A stretch of DNA of 64,000 bases from Eledone cirrhosa (Eukaryota), in assembly GCA_964016885.1 (NCBI GenBank), contig OZ024745.1, positions 3,224,001 to 3,288,000 on the forward strand, read 5' to 3'. Position 1 is the stretch's first letter. Every line of letters starts with the position of its first letter. A program made the position numbers and the translations under genes. Shown one piece after another: positions 1 through 8,600 of the stretch. The notes under the pieces were generated by a model, which saw nothing but the letters and a program-made list of their open reading frames with translations, did not search any database and had not been told where the DNA came from.

Positions 1-3000
1 AAGGTAATGTCCAGTTTAAAGGTAATGTCCAGTTTAAAGGTATATGTCTAGTTTAAAGGTAATGTCTAGTTTAAAGGTAATGTCCAGTTTAAAGGTAATG
101 TCTAGTTTAAAGGTAATGTCCAGTTTAAAGGTATATGTCTAGTTTAAAGGTAATGTCCAGTTTAAAGGTAATGTCCAGTTTAAAGGTATATGTCTAGTTT
201 AAAGGTAATGTCTAGTTTAAAGGTAATGTCCAGTTTAAAGGTAATGTCTAGTTTAAAGGTAATGTCTAGTTTAAAGGTATATGTCTAGTTTAAAGGTAAT
301 GTCTAGTTTAAAGGTAATGTCTAGTTTAAAGGTAATGTCCAGTTTAAAGGTAATGTCTAGTTTAAAGGTAATGTCCAGTTTAAAGGTATATGTCTAGTTT
401 AAAGGTAATGTCTAGTTTAAAGGTAATGTCCAGTTTAAAGGTAATGTCCAGTTTAAAGGTAATGTCCAGTTTAAAGGTAATGTCCAGTTTAAAGGTATAT
501 GTCTAGTTTAAAGGTAATGTCTAGTTTAAAGGTATATGTCCAGTTTAAAGGTAATGTCCAGTTTAAAGGTATATGTCCAGTTTAAAGGTAATGTCCAGTT
601 TAAAGGTAATGTCTAGTTTAAAGGTAATGTCCACTTTAAAGGTAATGTCCAGTTTAAAGGTATATGTCCAGTTTAAAGGTAATGTCCAGTTTAAAGGTAT
701 ATGTCTAGTTTAAAGGTAATGTCCAGTTTAAAGGTATATGTCTAGTTTAAAGGTAATGTCTAGTTTAAAGGTATATGTCTAGTTTAAAGGTAATGTCCAG
801 TTTATAGGTAATGTCCAGTTTAAAGGTAATGTCCAGTTTAAAGGTATATGTCTAGTTTAAAGGTAATGTCTAGTTTAAAGGTATATGTCTAGTTTAAAGG
901 TAATGTCCAGTTTAAAGGTAATGTCTAGTTTAAAGGTAATGTCCAGTTTAAAGGTATATGTCTAGTTTAAAGGTAATGTCTAGTTTAAAGGTAATGTCCA
1001 GTTTAAAGGTAATGTCTAGTTTAAAAGTAATGTCCAGTTTAAAGGTATATGTCTAGTTTAAAGGTAATGTCTAGTTTAAAGGTAATGTCCAGTTTAAAGG
1101 TAATGTCCAGTTTAAAGGTATATGTCCAGTTTAAAGGTAATGTCCAGTTTAAAGGTATATGTCTAGTTTAAAGGTAATGTCTAGTTTAAAGGTAATGTCC
1201 AGTTTAAAGGTAATGTCTAGTTTAAAGGTAATGTCCAGTTTAAAGGTATATTTCTAGTTTAAAGGTAATGTCCAGTTTAAAGGTAATGTCCAGTTTAAAG
1301 GTATATGTCTAGTTTAAAGGTAATGTCTAGTTTAAAGGTAATGTCCAGTTTAAAGGTAATGTCTAGTTTAAAGGTAATGTCCAGTTTAAAGGTATATGTC
1401 TAGTTTAAAGGTAATGTCCAGTTTAAAGGTAATGTCCAGTTTAAAGGTATATGTCTAGTTTAAAGGTAATGTCTAGTTTAAAGGTAATGTCCAGTTTAAA
1501 GGTAATGTCTAGTTTAAAGGTAATGTCTAGTTTAAAGGTATATGTCTAGTTTAAAGGTAATGTCTAGTTTAAAGGTAATGTCTAGTTTAAAGGTAATGTC
1601 CAGTTTAAAGGTAATGTCTAGTTTAAAGGTAATGTCCAGTTTAAAGGTATATGTCTAGTTTAAAGGTAATGTCTAGTTTAAAGGTAATGTCCAGTTTAAA
1701 GGTAATGTCTAGTTTAAAGGTAATGTCTAGTTTAAAGGTAATGTCCAGTTTAAAGGTAATGTCCAGTTTAAAGGTAATGTCTAGTTTAAAGGTAATGTCC
1801 AGTTTAAAGGTAATGTCTAGTTTAAAGGTAATGTCCAGTTTAAAGGTAATGTCCAGTTTAAAGGTAATGTCCAGTTTAAAGGTAATGTCCAGTTTAAAGG
1901 TAATGTCCAGTTTAAAGGTATATGTCTAGTTTAAAGGTAATGTCTAGTTTAAAGGTATATGTCTAGTTTAAAGGTATATGTCTAGTTTAAAGGTAATGTC
2001 TAGTTTAAAGGTAATGTCCAGTTTAAAGGTAATGTCCAGTTTAAAGGTAATGTCTAGTTTAAAGGTAATGTCCAGTTTAAAGGTAATGTCTAGTTTAAAG
2101 GTAATGTCCAGTTTAAAGGTAATGTCCAGTTTAAAGGTAATGTCCAGTTTAAAGGTAATGTCCAGTTTAAAGGTAATGTCCAGTTTAAAGGTATATGTCT
2201 AGTTTAAAGGTAATGTCTAGTTTAAAGGTATATGTCCAGTTTAAAGGTAATGTCCAGTTTAAAGGTATATGTCCAGATTAAAGGTAATGTCCAGTTTAAA
2301 GGTAATGTCTAGTTTAAAGGTAATGTCCACTTTAAAGGTAATGTCCAGTTTAAAGGTATATGTCCAGTTTAAAGGTAATGTCCAGTTTAAAGGTATATGT
2401 CTAGTTTAAAGGTAATGTCCAGTTTAAAGGTAATGTCCAGTTTAAAGGTAATGTCTAGTTTAAAGGTAATGTCCAGTTTAAAGGTAATGTCCAGTTTAAA
2501 GGTATATGTCCAGTTTAAAGGTAATGTCCAGTTTAAAGGTATATGTCCAGTTTAAAGGTAATGTCCAGTTTAAAGGTAATGTCCAGTTTAAAGGTAATGT
2601 CCAGTTTAAAGGTAATGTCCAGTTTAAAGGTAATGTCCAGTTTAAAGGTATATGTCTAGTTTAAAGGTAATGTCTAGTTTAAAGGTATATGTCTAGTTTA
2701 AAGGTAATGTCCAGTTTAAAGGTAATGTCAAGTTTAAAGGTATATGTCCAGTTTAAAGGTAATGTCTAGTTTAAAGGTATATGTCTAGTTTAAAGGTAAT
2801 GTCCAGTTTAAAGGTAATGTCCAGTTTAAAGGTATATGTCCAGTTTAAAGGTAATGTCCAGTTTAAAGGTATATGTCCAGTTTAAAGGTAATGTCCAGTT
2901 TAAAGGTAATGTCCAGTTTAAAGGTAATGTCTAGTTTAAAGGTATATGTCTAGTTTAAAGGTAATGTCCAGTTTAAAGGTAATGTCTAGTTTAAAGGTAA

Positions 3001-3310
3001 TGTCCAGTTTAAAGGTAATGTCCAGTTTAAAGGTATATGTCCAGTTTAAAGGTATATGTCCAGTTTAAAGGTATATGTCCAATTCAAAGGTAATGTCCAG
3101 TTTAAAGGTATATGTCCAGTTTAAAGGTAATGTCCAGTTTAAAGGTATATGTCTAGTTTAAAGGTAAATGTCCAGTTTAAAGGTAATGTCCAGTTTAAAG
3201 GTATATGTCTAGTTTAAAGGTAAATGTCTAGTTTAAAGGTAATGTCCAGTTTAAAGGTAATGTCCAGTTTAAAGGTAATGTCCAGTTTAAAGGTAATGTC
3301 CAGTTCAAAG
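1..3310. repeat. 18/19-bp tandem minisatellite, consensus AAGGTAATGTCCAGTTTA, with common C/T (TCC/TCT) and +T (GTATATG) variants; ~180 copies; continues beyond the left window edge
   Basis: Directly visible head-to-tail repetition from position 1 to the degenerate last unit '...gtaatgtccagttcaaag' at ~3310. The ORF track gives (MSSLKV)n, i.e. an 18-bp period. Confidence 0.98.
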
Positions 3311-3566
3311 CCAGCATAGTCTTTTATTATTTGCATTACTCAATGATCGATAAGTTTTAAATGTCAAATCTGGTTGAGAAAGTCGGGGATTGAAATTTGT
3401 GAGCTTATCTCTGGATTCTTCCCAAAATATTTCCCTAAGTGATCCCTTCTTCAAACATCTGCCTAACACAGATAACAGAATCGAAGGGAGGTATTTGATG
3501 ATTTGAGTGAATGGAAGTGACTGCTATGACAACAGTGGTCGAGTGAATACCAGAGCACATGGAGAA

Positions 3567-3594
3567 ACACACACACACACGTGTCTGTGTGTGT
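3567..3594. repeat. (AC)7 followed by (GT)7 with one mismatch: self-complementary microsatellite centred on CACGTG
   Basis: acacacacacacac|gtgtctgtgtgtgt at 3567-3594. Confidence 0.85.
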
Positions 3595-3677
3595 GCTGAT
3601 GGCATCAACTGCATGAACACACTCATATTTACATGTGCAAATATTGAGATATGTCTTAAGACTTGTGTATTGATGAA

Positions 3678-3738
3678 TGTGTGTGTGTGTATATACATAT
3701 ATATATAGAGAGAGAGAGACATACATATATACATACAT
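3678..3738. repeat. Compound microsatellite (TG)n(TA)n(GA)n(CATA)n
   Basis: tgtgtgtgtgtgt atatacatatatatat agagagagagagac atacatatatacatacat. Confidence 0.9.
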
Positions 3739-3919
3739 TCTTGTATATACACATTGACGTGTGCCACCTAAACATCTGCATAGTCATATATTTTATGTCA
3801 TAATGGCTGAGAAAAAATATTTCAAATATAGATTCTGTGTTGCTTGAATACTACAACGACTTTCTTTATCTTCATTAGTGTGATTCAGAGGAGAAGGAAG
3901 CAGACATTAAAAAATAACA

Positions 3920-4759
3920 CAATCATTTTATTTTTTAAGATATATTTATCAAACTTGGGTCAGTTTGTCTTCATGACTTGTTCTTTCGATCTCACTCAAT
4001 AATCCCGCCATTGACTTTGATGACGGCTTCAGGGCGGCGGCGGAACCGGCTACAGGCCTTCTTCACTGTCCCCCGACTTAGGCCCCTAAAGGCACTTGTG
4101 ATCCTGGCCTTCAGATCGTCTTTCATATTGCAGCTAGATCTGTTGGTGTCTCGTTCCACTGCACCCACACAAAGAAGTCGAGGGGGTTGCAGTCAGGCGA
4201 GCTGGGAGGCCAGATGTCAGGTGAAGTGTGGTCGACGAAGTTCTGACAGCCAGGCTTGGGTCTTTTGGCTGGTATGGCAGGGCGCTGAGTCTTGCTGCCA
4301 CACGTACGGCCTACCTGCAGCTACCTGGTCGATCCAGGGCTTTACTACCTTTCTCAGAACGCGGATGTAACCATCGGTGTTCAGCTTGAGGCCCTCAGGG
4401 AAGAAGTGTGGTGGCATGACGTCACCTTGACTGCTGACGACACCTAAGACCAATGTTGTCGCTGGAAACTTTGTCTGCATGACTCTGGGTACGTCTTTGG
4501 ATGAGACAGCGAGCCACCTGTTGTTCTGGGAGTTGATCTTCTGGCCTTATTTGTCCTCCCGGCGCGGATTCCAAGAAGAACTCTGTGTCTCTTCCACAAA
4601 TTTGGAGGTTCAAAATTATTCATAATCAATTATTCTGAAAATAAATAATGGAAATATAGTCACTGTTTTTATGAAGACAAGAGTGACAACGGAAGTAAAA
4701 AAAATTTGCATAAAATTAGCAGTTGAAAATTGCAAACAAATATCGTCCGCACCCTTATA
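3920..4759 (-). mobile_element. Defective Tc1/mariner-superfamily DNA transposon, DD37D (maT/mori) type; internally deleted; 3' terminus not identified
   Basis: GC-richer transposase remnant at 3992-4623. The putative 5' end on the minus strand, 'TATAAGGGTGCGGACGATATTTG' (~4759-4737), resembles the TA|CAGGGTG ends of this group. There is a minus-strand AATAAA near 3927-3932 after the stop. I found no matching TIR on the 3' side, so the left coordinate is approximate. Confidence 0.8.
3992..4623 (-). pseudogene. DD37D (maT) transposase pseudogene
   Basis: Manual translation gives ATG at 4623 MNNFEPPNLWKRHRVLLGIRAGRTNK, then a junction (~4545), then QKINSQNNRWLAVSSKDVPRVMQTKFPATTLVLGVVSSQGDVMPPHFFPEGLKLNTDGYIRVLRKVVKPWIDQVAAGRPYVWQQDSAPCHTSQKTQAWLSE. 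After a frameshift (~4242) it reads NFVDHTSPDIWPPSSPDCNPLDFFVW, and after a second frameshift (~4165) GAVERDTNRSSCNMKDDLKARITSAFRGLSRGTVKKACSRFRRRPEAVIKVNGGIIE* (TGA 3994-3992). QQDSAPxH, WPPSSPDxNPLD and the terminal GG-x-IE are hallmark Tc1/mariner motifs. There are 37 residues between the 2nd and 3rd Asp if the first frameshift is a 2-bp deletion. Confidence 0.93.
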
Positions 4760-5283
4760 ATGTCACATAATTTGGTAAAGAATATCAAAAGTTGGGAGAG
4801 AACTGATTCTGTGGAAATGTTTGTGGTGTCTCAATAGATGTTATATTAACATATGGTACCATTGAGGTATAATTGTTTCACTAGACATCTCTCTCATATC
4901 TTTTGCTGAGACCAGTCTGTAGTTTATCAGCCTCTATTGATGAAGAGATAAATTTTATTAATGTCTGCTCGACACAGTTGATCATTACCTTAGGTTTTGA
5001 AGCATTCTGCTGTATTAGCCACAAAGATTTATAGTCTAAGAGAAATATATAAGGAAAATAATAATAAAAATTTGAAGATGTTTTAATATATATGCATGCA
5101 AATACAGTACACAGCGAAAAGAAATTAGTTGATATACAATAAATTATAGTTTTTCAAAAACATAAATGAGTTTGCAGAAATATTCATGATTATCTAATTA
5201 TTTTTTGTACTAACCGGTTTCACAATGAGTAGCTTTTCAAAGTTTAATTTTAATTTGTATTGGTGTTGAATATATTTTACACG

Positions 5284-5319
<36 letters not shown>
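5284..5319. repeat. (CAT)12 trinucleotide microsatellite (probable retroposon tail)
   Basis: 36 bp of perfect CAT repeats at 5284-5319. Confidence 0.95.
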
Positions 5320-5401
5320 TTTACATCCGCTTTTCGCTGCTTCCAAGGGTGGTACGGGTCTTATTCAGCACAGCATCTTTCCACCAGTCACGGTCCTTCG
5401 C
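5284..5401 (-). mobile_element. Severely 5'-truncated non-LTR retroposon 3' end (RTE-clade LINE or LINE-tailed SINE) with (GAT)n tail and target-site duplication
   Basis: The minus strand reads AKDRDWWKDAVLNKTRTTLGSSEKRM* directly followed by a (TGA/GAT)12 tail. A-x-DR-x-x-W-K/R-x-x-V resembles the C-terminal motif of RTE-clade ORFs. It is flanked by the direct repeats ATATATTTTACACG (5270-5283) and ATATATTTCACACG (5410-5423). Confidence 0.65.
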
Positions 5402-5636
5402 ATATATATATATATTTCACACGACAGAGCGAGGTGCACGTGTTCTCTAACTTGGAATCATTTTAACACTCTTCTTATTCCTTTCTTTTACTTTACTTCG
5501 ATAAAAGATTTAACCTGAGATGTCAGATCCTTTTCTGTATTTCTTTATTGTACACATTTTTTATGTTTTTGAGCATATGTTTTGTCTACCAAATATTTTC
5601 TTTCTTTTTCTCCTTTTGTTCACACTGTTCAATTGT

Positions 5637-8600
5637 CTGTCCTTTAGTCCAGCTTCTCCCACCTGTCCTTTAGTCCACCTTCTCGCACCTGTCCTTTAGT
5701 CCACTATCTCCCACCTGTCCTTTAGTCCACCATCTCCCACCTGTCCTTTAGTCCACCTTCTCCCATCTGTCCTTTAGTCCACCTTCTCGCACCTGTCCTT
5801 TAGTCAACCTTCTCCCACCTGCCGTTTAGTCCACCTTCTCCCACCTGTCCTTTAGTCCACCATCTCCCACCTGTCCTTTAGTCCACCATCTCCCACCTGT
5901 CCTTTAGTCCACCATCTCCCACCTGTCCTTTAGTCCACCATCTCCCACCTGTCCTTTAGTCCACCTTCTCCCACCTGTCCTTTAGTCCACCTTCTCGCAC
6001 CTGTCCTTTAGTCCACTATCTCCCACCTGTCCTTTAGTCCACTATCTCCCACCTGTCCTTTAGTCCACCTTCTCCCATCTGTCCTTTAGTCCACCTTCTC
6101 GCACCTGTCCTTTAGTCGACCTTCTCCCACCTGTCCTTTAGTCCACCATCTCCCACCTGTCTTTTAGTCCACCATCTCGCACCTGTCCTTTAGTCCACCA
6201 TCTCCCACCTGTCCTTTAGTCCACCTTCTCCCACCTGTCCTTTAGTCCACCTTCTCCCATCTGTCCATTAGTCCACCATCTCCCACCTGTCCTTTAGTCC
6301 ACCTTCTCCCACCTGTCCTTTAGTCCACCTTCTCGCACCTGTCCTTTAGTCGACCTTCTCCCACCTGTCCTTTAGTCCACCATCTCCCACCTGTCCTTTA
6401 GTCCACCATCTCCCACCTGTCCTTTAGTCCACCATCTCCCACCTGTCCTTTAGTCCACCATCTCCCACCTGTCCTTTAGTCCACCTTCTCCCATCTGTCC
6501 ATTAGTCCACCTTCTCGCACCTGTCCTTTAGTCCACCATCTCCCACCTGTCTTTTAGTCCACCATCTCCCACCTGTCCTTTAGTCCACCATCTCCCACCT
6601 GTCCTTTAGTCCACCATCTCCCACCTGTCCTTTAGTCCACCTTCTCCCATCTGTCCATTAGTCCACCTTCTCGCACCTGTCCTTTAGTCCACCATCTCCC
6701 ACCTGTCTTTTAGTCCACCATCTCCCACCTGTCCTTTAGTCCACCATCTCCCACCTGTCCTTTAGTCCACCATCTCCCACCTGTCCTTTAGTCCACCATC
6801 TCCCACCTGTCCTTTAGTCCACCTTCTCCCATCTGTCCATTAGTCCACCTTCTCGCACCTGTCCTTTAGTCCACCTTCTCCCACCTGTCCTTTAGTCCAC
6901 CATCTCCCACCTGTCCTTTAGTCCACCATCTCCCACCTGTCCTTTAGTCCACCATCTCCCACCTGTCCTTTAGTCCACCTTCTCCCATCTGTCCTTTAGT
7001 CCACCTTCTCGCACCTGTCCTTTAGTCAACCTTCTCCCACCTGCCCTTTAGTCCACCTTCTCCCACCTGTCCTTTAGTCCACCATCTCCCACCTGTCCTT
7101 TAGTCCACCATCTCCCACCTGTCCTTTAGTCCACCATCTCCCACCTGTCCTTTCGTCCACCATCTCCCACCTGTCCTTTAGTCTACCTTCTCCCACCTGT
7201 CCTTTAGTCCACCTTCTCCCACCTGTCCTTTAGTCCACCTTCTCCCACCTGTCCTTTAGTCCACCATCTCCCACCTGTCCTTTAGTCCACAATCTCCCAC
7301 CTGTCCTTTAGTCCACCTTCTCCCACCTGTCCTTTAGTCCATCTTCTCCCACCTGTCCTTTAGTCCACCTTCTCCCACCTGTCCTTTACTCCACCCTCTC
7401 CCACCTGTCCTTTAGTCCACCTTCTCCCACCTGTCCTTTACTCCACCATCTCCCACCTGTCCTTTAGTCCATCTTCTCCCACCTGTCCTTTAGTCCACCA
7501 TCTCCCACCTGTCCTTTAGTCCACCTTCTCCCACCTGTCCTTTACTCCACCTTCTCCCACCTGTCCTAAGTCTACCTTCTCCCACCTGTCCTTTAGTCCA
7601 CCTTCTCCCACCTGTCCTTTAGTCCATCTCCCACCTGTCCTTTAGTCCACCATCTCCCACCTGTCCTTTAGTCCACCATCTCCCACCTGTCCTTTAGTCC
7701 ACCTTCTCCCACCTGTCCTTTAGTCCACCTTCTCCAACCTGTCCTTTAGTCCACCATCTCCCACCTGTCCTTTACTCCACCATCTCCCACCTGTCCTTTA
7801 GTCCATCTTCTCCCACCTGTCTTTTAGTCCACCTTCTCCCACCTGTCCTTTAGTCCACCTTCTCCCACCTGTCCTTTAGTCCACCATCTCCCACCTGTCC
7901 TTTAGTCCATCTTCTCCCACCTGTCCTTTAGTCCATCTTCTCCCACCTGTCCTTTAGTCCACCTTCTCCCACCTGTCCTAAGTCTACCTTCTCCCACCTG
8001 TCCTTTAGTCCTCCATATCCCACCTGTCCTTTAGTCCACCATCTCCCACCTGTCCTTTAGTCCATCTTCTCCCACCTGTCCTTTACTCCACCATCTCCCA
8101 CCTGTCCTTTACTCCACCTTCTCCCACCTGTGCTTTAGTCCACCATCTCCCGCCTGTCCTTTAGTCCACCATCTCCCACCTGTCCTTTAGTCCATCTTCT
8201 CCCACCTGTCCTTTAGTCCACCTTCTCCCACCTGTCCTAAGTCTACCTTCTCCCACCTGTCCTTTAGTCCTCCATATCCCACCTGTCCTTTAGTCCACCA
8301 TCTCCCACCTGTCCTTTAGTCCATCTTCTCCCACCTGTCCTTTACTCCACCATCTCCCACCTGTCCTTTACTCCACCTTCTCCCACCTGTGCTTTAGTCC
8401 ACCATCTCCCGCCTGTCCTTTAGTCCACCATCTCCCACCTGTCCTTTAGTCCATCTTCTCCCACCTGTCCTTTACTCCACCTTCTTCCACCCGTCCTTTA
8501 GTCTACCTTCTCCCACCTGTCCTTTAGTCTACCTTCTCCCACCTGTCCTTTAGTCCACCATCTCCCACCTGTCCTTTAGTCCACAATCTCCCACCTGTCC

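Noticed and set aside
1651-2202. ORFs encoding (MSSLKV)n; the common C/T variant is synonymous in this frame
   Set aside because: These are runs of 18-bp units. The frequent 19-bp units break the frame throughout the array, so there is no sign of coding constraint.
3435-3767. Minus-strand 110-aa and 91-aa ORFs
   Set aside because: Low-complexity translations of AC/TA/GA microsatellites with no recognisable domain.
3978-4613. Plus-strand 130-aa ORF (3978-4370) and the 63-aa ORF (4422-4613)
   Set aside because: Antisense or off-frame shadows of the GC-rich transposase remnant.
5260-5466. 68-aa poly-histidine ORF
   Set aside because: The His run is the (CAT)12 tail of a minus-strand retroposon fragment, and the ORF starts at a non-ATG codon.
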